Positions 24,940 to 34,708 of a stretch of DNA of 64,000 nt are shown here, in pieces. The position numbers and the translations under genes were made by a program. The notes beneath the pieces are model-generated. The model saw only the letters and a list, made by a program, of their open reading frames with translations, searched no databases and was not told the DNA's origin. How positions within the stretch are numbered: position 1 is the stretch's first letter; each line of letters starts with the position of its first letter. This DNA is from Bacilli bacterium (GTDB taxonomy: Bacteria; Bacillota_I; Bacilli_A; RFN20; UBA1709), in contig JAZRXY010000028.1 in the NCBI GenBank assembly GCA_045600465.1, forward strand, positions 55,577 to 119,576, in the 5' to 3' direction.

Positions 24940-26337
24940 ATGACAATAAGTGAAATATGGGATGCTATATATAACGTTATTGAAGAAATTTGGGGAATAC
25001 CTCTAGTTATTTTACTGATTGGTTTTGGTTTATACATTTCTATTAGAACTGGCTTTTTTCAATTCACAGGGATTAAAATGTGGTTAAAAAAAACTATCGG
25101 AGAAATGTTTAAAAAAGATAAACAAAAAGATGGTGGAGGACAATTAAGTCCGTTAGCAACAATATCTTCAGTTTTAGCAGGTACGGTAGGATCTGGCAAT
25201 ATCGCTGGAGTTGCTACTGCAATTGCTGTTGGTGGTCCTGGTGCAATTTTCTGGATGATTCTTATTGCTTTAGTAGGAACTATGACAAAAATGTGTGAAG
25301 TTACACTAGCAGTAAAATTTAGGAATAAAGCTGAAAATGGCGAGTATTTTGGTGGGCCAATGTATTACATGAAAAAAGGTATTAATGGGAAACTAGGTAA
25401 AATATTAGCTACAACTTTTGCTGTCATTTTATTTGTCCAAGTGCTTGCAAGTAGTTGCTTTGTTCAAGCAAATACTTTCTCATCAACAGCAAGTTATACT
25501 TTTAAAATTCCTGCTATTGTTTCTGGAATTGTTATTATTATTTCTGCCTTTTTTATCATAAAAGCAAATAAAATTGAAAAGATTGGGAATGTTTGCGCAA
25601 AAATAGTTCCAGTAATGGTTGTTTTATATATAGTTTCATGTTTAATTATTATCATTTCTAATATTCAAGAAGTTCCAAATGCAATTGGAATGATAGTTAA
25701 ATATGCTTTTGCTCCAGCCCCAGCAATAGGAGGGTTTGCAGGATCTAGTGTTAGATTAGCTTTGGCTAATGGTGCAGCAAGAGGAGTATATTCAAATGAA
25801 GCAGGTGAAGGCACATCAACTCCAGTTCATGCAGCAGCTATTACTGACCACCCAGCACATCAAGGAATGTGGGGAATTTTCGAGGTCTTTTTTGACACAG
25901 TAATTGTTTGTAGTTTAACAGCGTTGGCCATTTTAACAAGTGGAGCATGGACTGCTGGGAATCTTTCTGGAGTCCAATTAACTTTGTCTGCTTTTGAAAC
26001 AGTGGTACCAACTCCTGTTGTTTGGGTTATTGCAGTTTCAATCTTATTCTTTACTTATACAACATATTTAGGTAATTATGTTAAATTTAGATCTTCTGTA
26101 GAATATTTATTAGGTGAGAAAGGTTGCAAATACTTGAAGTATTTGTATCTATTACTTCCAATTTTAGGAGTTTTACTACAAGTTAATCTTATTTGGCAAA
26201 TTAGTGATGTAGCATTAGGATTTCTTATTATACCAAATATGATAGCGTTGATTATTTTGTCTCCTAAATTTTTGAAGACATTTAAAGAATACAAAGAAAA
26301 ACTTAAAAAAGAAGAAAAAGAAATTAAGAACACTTAG
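24940..26337 (+). CDS. alanine/glycine:cation symporter (AGCS family)
   Basis: LAGTVGSGNIAGVATAIAVGGPGAIFWM is the family signature. Confidence 0.9.
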   Translation: MTISEIWDAIYNVIEEIWGIPLVILLIGFGLYISIRTGFFQFTGIKMWLKKTIGEMFKKDKQKDGGGQLSPLATISSVLAGTVGSGNIAGVATAIAVGGPGAIFWMILIALVGTMTKMCEVTLAVKFRNKAENGEYFGGPMYYMKKGINGKLGKILATTFAVILFVQVLASSCFVQANTFSSTASYTFKIPAIVSGIVIIISAFFIIKANKIEKIGNVCAKIVPVMVVLYIVSCLIIIISNIQEVPNAIGMIVKYAFAPAPAIGGFAGSSVRLALANGAARGVYSNEAGEGTSTPVHAAAITDHPAHQGMWGIFEVFFDTVIVCSLTALAILTSGAWTAGNLSGVQLTLSAFETVVPTPVVWVIAVSILFFTYTTYLGNYVKFRSSVEYLLGEKGCKYLKYLYLLLPILGVLLQVNLIWQISDVALGFLIIPNMIALIILSPKFLKTFKEYKEKLKKEEKEIKNT

Positions 26338-26348
26338 TGTTCTTTTTT
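26327..26348 (+). terminator. intrinsic terminator overlapping the stop codon
   Basis: AGAACAC-tta-GTGTTCT followed by TTTTT. Confidence 0.75.
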
Positions 26349-26419
26349 GGTGTATTCCAATAAATATATGTTATAATACATTTACTGATATAAGATGTTT
26401 TTTAAGGAGCCAAGTATAA

Positions 26420-26878
26420 ATGAGAAAGTTTTTAGAAAAAGTAGCGTATAAAATTCAAAGATTTATGTATGGAAGATATGGTAATGATAAATTATCAAGA
26501 TTTATTTTAGTTTGCGCTATTGTTTTACTTGTTATAGCTTTCTTATTTAATAGAGGAGCAAATGAAGGATTTGAATATGCCTACATTGTAGGAGCAATAT
26601 TAGAGGGTATTTCTTTTGTTTTACTTGCATATACAGTTTTTAGAACATTATCTAAGAATATTACTAAAAGGCAAATAGAATTAAATAGCTTTTTTAGAAT
26701 CAAAAACAAAATTTTTGGATTCTTTTCTTTGAATAAAAAGAAAATGAAAGATAAAGACCATAAATATTATAAATGCCCACATTGCGGCGCTAATATAAGA
26801 ATTGTTAGACCTCCAAAAGGGAAAACAATTACTATTACTTGTCCAAAATGTAATCAAGAATTTGAAAAAAGAACATAG
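26420..26878 (+). CDS. membrane protein with a C-terminal zinc ribbon
   Basis: Two TM segments, then CPHCG...CPKCN. Confidence 0.65.
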   Translation: MRKFLEKVAYKIQRFMYGRYGNDKLSRFILVCAIVLLVIAFLFNRGANEGFEYAYIVGAILEGISFVLLAYTVFRTLSKNITKRQIELNSFFRIKNKIFGFFSLNKKKMKDKDHKYYKCPHCGANIRIVRPPKGKTITITCPKCNQEFEKRT

Positions 26879-26889
26879 GAGGAAACTGA

Positions 26890-27582
26890 ATGATAGATCC
26901 TTATAAAGTATTAGGAGTTTCACCTGATGCGAGTAGCGAAGAAATAAAGAAAGCATATCGAAAGCTTGCAAAAGAATACCATCCAGACTTGCATCCTAAT
27001 GATAAAGAAGCTGCTAAAAAAATGGATGAAATAAATCAAGCATATGATTTATTAAAAAATCCAGAAGCTTATAAAGCTCAACAACAGCGACAAGCAAATA
27101 CTAATCAATATGGTAGTTATTCATCTGGTAGTTATGCTAATTTTGAGGATATTTTTGCTTCATTTTTTAGTGGTGGGAGAACAATTGATACAAGTATTCA
27201 TGTTCAAGCAGGGGATCCAGATGGTTTAGTTAATGCAATTAATCTTATTAATAGTGGTAGATATCAAGAAGCTCTTAATAGTTTAAATACTCTAACTAGC
27301 GTTTATCGTGGTGCTAGATTTTTCCATGCATCAGCGTTAGCTCATCATGGCTTAGGAGATGACATTAGTGCATGTGAAGATTTAAAACAAGCTATTAATA
27401 TGGATCCAAATAATGCAGCATATCAAGTCTTATTAAGAGCCTATCAAAATAATGGATATTATCGTCATGCTACAGTTAAAAAAGTTAGTCTTGGTGGTCT
27501 AATTTGGAAGGCAATATTGATATTCTTAGGAATTAGATTGGTACTGATGCTTTTATCAGGAATGTTTGCAGTTGCAGCTTAA
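26890..27582 (+). CDS. J-domain (DnaJ-like) protein with a TPR-like region and a C-terminal TM anchor
   Basis: DPYKVLGV...[11 protein letters not shown] (HPD motif). It starts 11 nt after the zinc-ribbon gene. Confidence 0.8.
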   Translation: MIDPYKVLGVSPDASSEEIKKAYRKLAKEYHPDLHPNDKEAAKKMDEINQAYDLLKNPEAYKAQQQRQANTNQYGSYSSGSYANFEDIFASFFSGGRTIDTSIHVQAGDPDGLVNAINLINSGRYQEALNSLNTLTSVYRGARFFHASALAHHGLGDDISACEDLKQAINMDPNNAAYQVLLRAYQNNGYYRHATVKKVSLGGLIWKAILIFLGIRLVLMLLSGMFAVAA

Positions 27583-27610
27583 CCCGTATTAATACGGGTT
27601 TTATTTTTAT
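27581..27610 (+). terminator. intrinsic terminator
   Basis: AACCCGTAtt-aaTACGGGTT followed by TTATTTTT. Confidence 0.8.
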
Positions 27611-27656
27611 TTTATTATTTGTGTGTTATAATAATATCTATAAAAGAGGTAATAAC

Positions 27657-30122
27657 ATGACCAGTGAAACGATTGTTCAATTAATTTTAGTATCATCAGT
27701 TCCAATAATATTTAGTATTCTTTTCTATTTGTTCGATAAAAAGACTAAATTTAATAAGGTTCCATACTGGTGGAAACAAATAATTATTGGGCTTGTTTTT
27801 GGTGCGATTGCAGTTGCAGGAACTGAATTTGGGATTAGTCTTAGTGGTGTTACTGTAAACGCTAGAGATGCAGCACCTATTTCAGCAGGTTTATTTTTTG
27901 GAGCACCTGCAGGTATTATTGCTGGTGTTATTGGGGGAGTTGAAAGATACTTTGCCGCTAGTTGGGGAGCAGGAACATATACTCAAATTGCTTGTACAGT
28001 GGCCACGATTGTATCTGGTTTAATTGGAGCAATTTGTCGTAAATTATTATTTGATAATCATAAACCAAGTACCTTACTTGCTGGAGCAATTGGACTTGTT
28101 TGTGAAGTGTTCCATATGTTGATGGTTTTTTTCACTCATATGGAAGATATTGAAGGAGCATATATTGTTATTCAAAATTGTGCACTTGCAATGATAATAA
28201 TTAATACAGCTTCTGTAACAGTAGCGGCTTTGATATTAAATGTGTTAAGTGAGTTTGTAATTCACGCAGACAAAATAGATCCTAATGAGAAACCCCATTT
28301 ACATAGAATCATTCAAAGAGTGTTAGCAATTATCATGGTTGCGGGTTTATTCCTTAGCACTTTTTACACATATAGTGTTCAAGGAGAATTTGCTTTAGAA
28401 GGAGCAAGGGGGACATTTAATTCAAGCCTTAATGATGTAAGTAGAGTAATATCTAATAAACTAGATGAGGAAACTTTATTAGTTTACACAGAAAATTATC
28501 ATGTGGGGGATGATGGCTACATCTTAATTCTTGATGATAACTATAATATTATTTCAAAAGATAAAGAAGGAAAAGTTGATTTATCTAATTATGAAAAAGA
28601 AACTTTAGGTGAAATTAGATTATTTGATACCGATTATTACTTTGAATATACAAAAGCTGATGGTTACTTTGTTATGGCACTTATGAGTCAAAAGCAAGTA
28701 ATGATGGATAGAGATATTACGTCTTACATGCATGCTTTTAATGGCGTAGTTTTATTTGCAATATTATTTGCTTTTATCTATTTATTAATCAAACGTAGAA
28801 TGGTTAATAATATGTTAAGTGTTAACAAATCATTAAGAAAAATTTCGGAAGGTAAACTAAGAACTAAAGTTAATGTTGATGATACTTATGAGTTTGCGGA
28901 ATTGTCTAATGATATTAATACAACAGTTAAAACATTAAGAGGTTATATTGATAGAGAAAAAACTAGAAATGAAAAAGAAATGGCATTAGCTAAGAGCCTT
29001 CAATATAACTCAGTTCCTAGTATGTTCCCACCATTTCCATCACGTATTGATATCTTTGATATTTATGCAACTATGGACACTGCAAAAGAAGTTGGCGGAG
29101 ACTTCTATGATTTCTTCTTTGTTAATAGATCAGAACTTGCAATCTTAATTGCTGATGTTAGTGGTAAAGGAATCCCAGCAGCATTATTTATGATGGAAGC
29201 AAAATCTATTATTAATTCATATTCTGAAACAGGTATTGGCCCTGCTGAAGTATTTAGTAAAGTTAATGAGAGATTATGCAATAATAATGCTTCAGGAATG
29301 TTTGTTACAGGTTGGATGGGATTTTTAAATATTGATACCGGCGAATTAAAATATGTTAATGCTGGCCATAATCCTCCAATGATTAAACGTGGCAAAAAAA
29401 GTTATGAAATGTTAAAAGAAATCTCAGGCATTATGTTGGCGGGAATGTCAGGAATTAAATATCGAGAAAAAACATTGAAATTAGAATCAGGGGATCAAAT
29501 GTATTTTTACACTGATGGTGTGACAGAAGCTATTAATAAAAAAGAAGAATTATTTGGAGAAGATCGCTTGATTAAAGTGCTAAATAAAAACGCATCTAAG
29601 GATGCAAAAACAATTTGTTTAAATATTAAAGAATCAATCGATAATTTCTGTGATGGCATGGATCAATTTGATGATATTACAATGATTTCATTTAAATATT
29701 ATGGTAATAACTATATTGAAAAACACTATCCTCCAAAGATTGATAGTATTAATGATATCATTGAAGAAATTGATGGTGTATTAGAAGAAAATGACGCAGA
29801 TATGAAAACAATAGCAAGTATCAACATTGCTATTGATGAACTATTTAGTAATATTGCTAAATACGCATTCAAAGGTAAGAAGAAAAAGAGCGATGCTGTT
29901 GTTAGATATTCATTACTAGAAAATACAATGAAGATTTCCTTTATTGATGATGGCGTTGAATTTAACCCTTTGACCCATGAAGATCCTGATGTAAGTAAGT
30001 CTATTGAAGAAAGAGGTATTGGTGGATTAGGTATTTATATGGTTAAAAACAGTATGGATAACTTATACTATGAAAGAATCGATAACAAAAACATCATCAC
30101 AATCATTAAAAAGATTAAATAG
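27657..30122 (+). CDS. sensor protein: multi-TM (5TM-LytS/YhcK-like) domain, HAMP-like linker, PP2C/SpoIIE phosphatase and a C-terminal RsbW/SpoIIAB-like HATPase domain
   Basis: The ATG at 27657 follows an AAGAGGT SD. GGDFYDFF, DVSGKGIPAALFM, TDGVTEA and DDITMI (PP2C). ELFSNIAKYA...GIGGLGIYMVKN (HATPase). Confidence 0.8.
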   Translation: MTSETIVQLILVSSVPIIFSILFYLFDKKTKFNKVPYWWKQIIIGLVFGAIAVAGTEFGISLSGVTVNARDAAPISAGLFFGAPAGIIAGVIGGVERYFAASWGAGTYTQIACTVATIVSGLIGAICRKLLFDNHKPSTLLAGAIGLVCEVFHMLMVFFTHMEDIEGAYIVIQNCALAMIIINTASVTVAALILNVLSEFVIHADKIDPNEKPHLHRIIQRVLAIIMVAGLFLSTFYTYSVQGEFALEGARGTFNSSLNDVSRVISNKLDEETLLVYTENYHVGDDGYILILDDNYNIISKDKEGKVDLSNYEKETLGEIRLFDTDYYFEYTKADGYFVMALMSQKQVMMDRDITSYMHAFNGVVLFAILFAFIYLLIKRRMVNNMLSVNKSLRKISEGKLRTKVNVDDTYEFAELSNDINTTVKTLRGYIDREKTRNEKEMALAKSLQYNSVPSMFPPFPSRIDIFDIYATMDTAKEVGGDFYDFFFVNRSELAILIADVSGKGIPAALFMMEAKSIINSYSETGIGPAEVFSKVNERLCNNNASGMFVTGWMGFLNIDTGELKYVNAGHNPPMIKRGKKSYEMLKEISGIMLAGMSGIKYREKTLKLESGDQMYFYTDGVTEAINKKEELFGEDRLIKVLNKNASKDAKTICLNIKESIDNFCDGMDQFDDITMISFKYYGNNYIEKHYPPKIDSINDIIEEIDGVLEENDADMKTIASINIAIDELFSNIAKYAFKGKKKKSDAVVRYSLLENTMKISFIDDGVEFNPLTHEDPDVSKSIEERGIGGLGIYMVKNSMDNLYYERIDNKNIITIIKKIK

Positions 30123-30131
30123 GTAAACTTT

Positions 30132-32576
30132 ATGAAAGCTAAATTTAAAGTTTTTGGCATGTCTTGTGCTGCTTGTAAAAATAGAGTTGAAAAAGTCACA
30201 TTAGCTAGTAAAGGCGTTAGTGCAGTTTTTGTTAACCTTGCAAATAATACAATGATTGTTGAGCATGACGATGAATTCGATCATAAAGAATTAGCCAAAG
30301 CTTTAAAGATAGAAGGCTATAGTTTAATAGATGATGATTATAAGAATAATAAAGAGAATAACGCAAAAAATTCAAAACTAGTAGCATCAATTATTTTGTG
30401 GCTATGTTTAATGTATGTTGCTATGGGACATATGGTTAATTTACCGCTGCCTAGTTTAATTAGTGGCATTGAAAATGCTTTTGCATATTCATTAACACAA
30501 TTTGCAATAGCTATCGCAATCATTATTATTAATTTCCATTATTTTAAAAATGGATTTAAACATTTATTCAAAGCAAATCCAAACATGGATACTTTGGTAG
30601 CTTTAGGTGCTCTTGCGTCTTTAGTATATGGGATTTATGTAATTGTTTTAATTTATAAGGCAACGATAAACAATGATATGGAAATAGTGTCTATCTATCA
30701 TCATGATTTTTATTTTGAAGCAGTGGGAACAATCCTAACATTAGTAAGTATTGGCAAAACTATTGAAAACAATAGTAAGAAGAAAACTGGGGATGTAATT
30801 GAAGGTTTGCTAGAGCTTGCTCCTACTACAACTTGTGTTGTTAGAAATGAGGAGGAAGTAATTGTCGAAACTAGTAGTGTTAGAGTTAATGAAATAATGG
30901 TTGTTAAACCGGGAGAATATATTTCTTGTGATGCGCTAGTTTTAGAAGGATATAGTAGCGTAGATGAAAGTATGCTTACTGGGGAATCACTTCCTAAAGA
31001 AAAAAGTGTTGGGAGTAAGATTAGTGCGGGAACATTAAATAAACAAGGATATTTAAAATGTAGAGTCATCGCAGTAGGAGATAAGACGACACTTGCTCAC
31101 ATAGTAGAAATGGTAGAAGAAGCAAGTTCATCTAAAGCTCCAATTTCTAGAACTGCTGATAAGATTGCAAAGGTGTTTGTACCAGTGGTTATGTTAATTG
31201 CTATTGCTACGTTTGTTATTTGGTTTATTTTAAGTAAAGAGTTTGAAGTTGCTTTCCAATATGGAATATCAGTGCTTGTAATATCTTGTCCATGCGCACT
31301 AGGACTAGCTACTCCAATAGCAGTAGTAGTTGCAATGGGTGTAGGAGCCAAGAATGGTATACTAATCAAATCTGCCGAGATCTTAGAAAACTTACATGAT
31401 GTTGATTCAGTAGTTTTAGATAAGACAGGCACAATTACTAAAGGTGAGCCTGAAGTATCTGATTATATTTGTTATAGTGAAGATGAAAAAAGTTTATTAT
31501 GTATAATTTTAGGAATTGAACAAAAGTCAGAACATCCTTATTCAAAAGCAATTAAAGAATTAGGAAATAAATATAAAGCTAATGGAATAAAGATTGATGA
31601 TTTTAGAAATACGCCAGGTGTTGGTTTAAGTGGCAAGTATAATGGCGTAACATTTTATATAGGTAGTGTTGCTGCTCTTATTGATAAAGCAAGTGAAGAT
31701 GAAAAAGAAACAGTTGATAAATTACTTAGTGAAGGTAAAACAGTATTACTAGTTGCAGTTAGTGATGCTATTTTAGCGATTATTGGAATTAAAGATAAGA
31801 TTAAGCCATCTTCTCCAATTGCAATTTCAAAATTAAATGATTTAGGGCTTCATACTTTAATCGCTAGTGGTGATAATAAGATTACTGGCGAAATCATTAG
31901 AAATGAAGTTGGAGCAAAATGGGGAAGTTATGAACTTCAACCATATCAAAAAGAAGCTTTGATTAGAGAACTAAAAGAAAATAATCACAAGGTGGTTTAT
32001 GTTGGTGATGGAATTAATGACGCACCAAGTTTGGTAACTAGTGATGTAGGTATGGCAATTGGTAATGGAACAGATATTGCAATATCTAGCGCAGATGTAA
32101 TACTAACAAGTAGTGATTTACTAGATGTATACAATGCTATTAGATTGTCTAGAAAGACAATTAAAAATATTAAATTAAGTTTGTTCTGGGCATTTATATA
32201 TAATATTATAATGATTCCAGTTGCGGCAGGGTTTTTGAGTTTTATTAATATAAAATTAAATCCAATGATTGCATCTGCTTGTATGTCATTAAGTTCAATT
32301 TGTGTTGTTTTAAATGCATTAAGAATTAAATCATTTAAACCTTATAAGGAGGAAAAAGTATTGATGAAAGAAATAGTTTTTGTTGATGGAATGATGTGTG
32401 AACATTGCGCTGCTAGAGTTAGCAATGCACTAAAAAGTATCGAAGGAATAAGTTCTGTTGAAGTTAATTTAAAGACAAAAGGCGTTACTATTTTGACTAC
32501 TAAATCAATTGAAGATAGTTTAATTGAAGAAGCAATTTGTAATGCTGGATATAAATTATTAAAGATATCAAAATAA
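30132..32576 (+). CDS. copA: copper-translocating P1B-type ATPase with N-terminal and C-terminal HMA domains
   Basis: GMSCAAC, CPC, DKTGTIT and GDGINDAP, plus a C-terminal GMMCEHC HMA domain. Confidence 0.9.
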   Translation: MKAKFKVFGMSCAACKNRVEKVTLASKGVSAVFVNLANNTMIVEHDDEFDHKELAKALKIEGYSLIDDDYKNNKENNAKNSKLVASIILWLCLMYVAMGHMVNLPLPSLISGIENAFAYSLTQFAIAIAIIIINFHYFKNGFKHLFKANPNMDTLVALGALASLVYGIYVIVLIYKATINNDMEIVSIYHHDFYFEAVGTILTLVSIGKTIENNSKKKTGDVIEGLLELAPTTTCVVRNEEEVIVETSSVRVNEIMVVKPGEYISCDALVLEGYSSVDESMLTGESLPKEKSVGSKISAGTLNKQGYLKCRVIAVGDKTTLAHIVEMVEEASSSKAPISRTADKIAKVFVPVVMLIAIATFVIWFILSKEFEVAFQYGISVLVISCPCALGLATPIAVVVAMGVGAKNGILIKSAEILENLHDVDSVVLDKTGTITKGEPEVSDYICYSEDEKSLLCIILGIEQKSEHPYSKAIKELGNKYKANGIKIDDFRNTPGVGLSGKYNGVTFYIGSVAALIDKASEDEKETVDKLLSEGKTVLLVAVSDAILAIIGIKDKIKPSSPIAISKLNDLGLHTLIASGDNKITGEIIRNEVGAKWGSYELQPYQKEALIRELKENNHKVVYVGDGINDAPSLVTSDVGMAIGNGTDIAISSADVILTSSDLLDVYNAIRLSRKTIKNIKLSLFWAFIYNIIMIPVAAGFLSFINIKLNPMIASACMSLSSICVVLNALRIKSFKPYKEEKVLMKEIVFVDGMMCEHCAARVSNALKSIEGISSVEVNLKTKGVTILTTKSIEDSLIEEAICNAGYKLLKISK

Positions 32577-32655
32577 AGCAGTTTTCATAACTGTCTTTTT
32601 GCGCTTGTTTAAAATGCATAAATAATTTAGAATATTGTATTGCGGTGGTGATATT

Positions 32656-33597
32656 GTGAACAAAGAAATCTTAAATAAAATAAAAGAATATGATGTTATC
32701 ACAATCTTTAGACATATTAGACCTGATGGAGATGCTTATGGCGCTCAAATGGGTTTAAAGCAAATTATTAAAGATAATTTTCCTGATAAAAAAGTATATG
32801 CATTAGGAGAGCCTAATGCTCATTGGGGAAATATCATGGGGGAAGTAGATAGCAAAGTAACTAATGCGAGAATAGCTGACTCATTAGCGATTGTTTTAGA
32901 TACTCCAATTATTTCTAGAGTTGATGATGAAAGATTTCAAGATGCTAAAGAAATAATAAAGATTGATCATCACCCATTTGTAGAAAAGTTTGCAGAAATT
33001 GAACTTATTGATTCAGAAAGGATTTCTACTTGTGAACTTATTTGTGAGTTTGCTAATGAAAATAAATTAGAAATATCTCCATATGCTGCAGCTTATCTAT
33101 ATACAGGACTTGTTTTAGATTCAGGTAGATTTATGTTTGCTAATACCAATTCTAAAACTTTTGATGATGCTTCACTTCTTTTATCCAAGGGAGTGGATAT
33201 AACTTCAATTTATGATTATATCTATGAAACAAAAGAAGAAGAGGTAAGATTAAGAGGATATTGTGAATTAAATTATAAAAAGACTCCAAATGGGGTGGCA
33301 TATATGATTATTGATGATGAGCTTAAAAAAGAGTTTAATATCAGTGAATTCCAATCTTCAGGATTAGTTAACTGTTTATCTCATATAAAAGGAATCAAAA
33401 TATGGGTTTTCTTTGTAAGTAAAGATAATAAAGTAAAGGTAGAACTTAGAAGTGCAGGACTACCTATTAATGAAGTAGCTAAAAAGTATAATGGTGGAGG
33501 ACATAAATTAGCTAGTGGCGCAATTATTGATAGTTTTGATCAAGTTGATGCTATAGTAAAAGATTTAGATGATTTGGCTAAAGGAGAACAATTATGA
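32656..33597 (+). CDS. nrnA: DHH/DHHA1 phosphoesterase (NrnA-like oligoribonuclease/pAp phosphatase)
   Basis: RHIRPDGDAYG, IDHH and GGGHKLASG. The GTG at 32656 is preferred over the TTG at 32635, which sits on the likely promoter. Confidence 0.75.
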   Translation: MNKEILNKIKEYDVITIFRHIRPDGDAYGAQMGLKQIIKDNFPDKKVYALGEPNAHWGNIMGEVDSKVTNARIADSLAIVLDTPIISRVDDERFQDAKEIIKIDHHPFVEKFAEIELIDSERISTCELICEFANENKLEISPYAAAYLYTGLVLDSGRFMFANTNSKTFDDASLLLSKGVDITSIYDYIYETKEEEVRLRGYCELNYKKTPNGVAYMIIDDELKKEFNISEFQSSGLVNCLSHIKGIKIWVFFVSKDNKVKVELRSAGLPINEVAKKYNGGGHKLASGAIIDSFDQVDAIVKDLDDLAKGEQL

Positions 33598-34256
33598 GAA
33601 AGAGAAAAAGAATAACACTTAGTGATCGTGGTTTTGCATTTGTTATTGATATTGCTTTAACATTAATACTATTTTTAGTAGTTGATTTAGCAGGGCATCC
33701 TTTAGCAAATAAGATTTTTGATTATGAAGCACAACAAAAACAATATATCCAATATCAAATAGATTATAATCTTGGATATTTAAATGCTAATAATGAAATG
33801 GTTTATTATGATGAAAGTGATAATGTAAATATCAGATTTGAAGAATATATAAATGATGAAAGAGTTGTTGCTTTAGCAGACACAATGGAAAAAGAACAAT
33901 TTTGTCAATATGGCTTTGATTTAGTAATAGCAGAGATAGTTGTTTTCTTGGTATTACCTCTTATCTTAAAGAAGGGCCAAACCTTAGGATTAAAAATAAT
34001 GGCTAAGCAAGTTGTTGATAAAGAAAATCAAATTGCTTCCAATAAAATTATGTTTATTAGATTCTTTTTTGGATTCTTGATTATTGAATCGTTAATTCCA
34101 ATGGCAGCATTATTCTTATCAGAATATGGTATCATATTAGCACTAGCCATTTGGGTGGCAAGTGGTGTATACATGCTATTTAACAAAGAACATAAATCTA
34201 TTATTGATGTTATGTCAAAATCTAAGGTAATAGATGTAAACAAAAAAGAGGAGTAA
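33594..34256 (+). CDS. RDD family membrane protein
   Basis: KKGQTLGLKIMAKQVVDKEN; overlaps the nrnA stop by 4 nt. Confidence 0.7.
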   Translation: MRKRKRITLSDRGFAFVIDIALTLILFLVVDLAGHPLANKIFDYEAQQKQYIQYQIDYNLGYLNANNEMVYYDESDNVNIRFEEYINDERVVALADTMEKEQFCQYGFDLVIAEIVVFLVLPLILKKGQTLGLKIMAKQVVDKENQIASNKIMFIRFFFGFLIIESLIPMAALFLSEYGIILALAIWVASGVYMLFNKEHKSIIDVMSKSKVIDVNKKEE

Positions 34257-34265
34257 TCCTCTTTT
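34247..34265. terminator. bidirectional intrinsic terminator
   Basis: AGAGGA-gtaa-TCCTCT flanked by A and T runs. Confidence 0.65.
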
Positions 34266-34270
34266 CAGTC

Positions 34271-34534
34271 TTAAATAAGTTCTGCTTTAACCATGTATTC
34301 TTTTAGTTCCTTTAATGCTTTTTCTTCGTCAATACCATCGGTAACTATTTCGAATTCCTCTCCACTTCTTATTACTAAGGCCATGATGTTCATGATTGAT
34401 TTCATGTTTGCTACATCATTAGCGTAGTGAAGTTCTACATTGCATGCATATTTATTTGCTTCAAACACAAGTGCTGCGCTAGGACGTGATCCTAGGCCAT
34501 TTTGTGCTTTTAGTGTAAACTTTTCCCTTGACAT
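34271..34534 (-). CDS. HPr-family phosphocarrier-like protein lacking His15 (Crh-like)
   Basis: 87 aa. Residues 13-18 read GLGSRP, versus GIHARP in HPr. The K45-S46-I47-M48 regulatory site is intact. Confidence 0.8.
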   Translation of the reverse strand: MSREKFTLKAQNGLGSRPSAALVFEANKYACNVELHYANDVANMKSIMNIMALVIRSGEEFEIVTDGIDEEKALKELKEYMVKAELI

Positions 34535-34604
34535 CCAAAATCACCTATTTTCGTATACTACCTATTTTAACAATTAAAGATTTTGTTTTCAATAGAAAAA
34601 GACA

Positions 34605-34618
34605 TGAAAGCACTTTCA
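34605..34618. promoter_or_regulatory. cre-like box TGAAAGCACTTTCA
   Basis: Perfect TGAAAG/CTTTCA half-sites. 13 of 14 positions match the cre consensus. It lies in the crh-like/PFOR divergent region. Confidence 0.4.
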
Positions 34619-34708
34619 ACATCTTGTTTATTTTATAATTACAATATGGTAAAATTAATTATTAAGATATGAAATGTCGGGATTGTCTAAGTAAAGAATA
34701 AAAAACTT

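Noticed and set aside
24088-26348. Nearly identical terminator hairpins AGAACAC-tNa-GTGTTCT after tRNA-Lys (24088-24111) and after the AGCS gene (26327-26348), considered as a dispersed repeat.
   Set aside because: Only about 17 nt are shared and both sites function plainly as terminators. This is likely coincidence or convergent simple hairpins, and it cannot be tested within one window.
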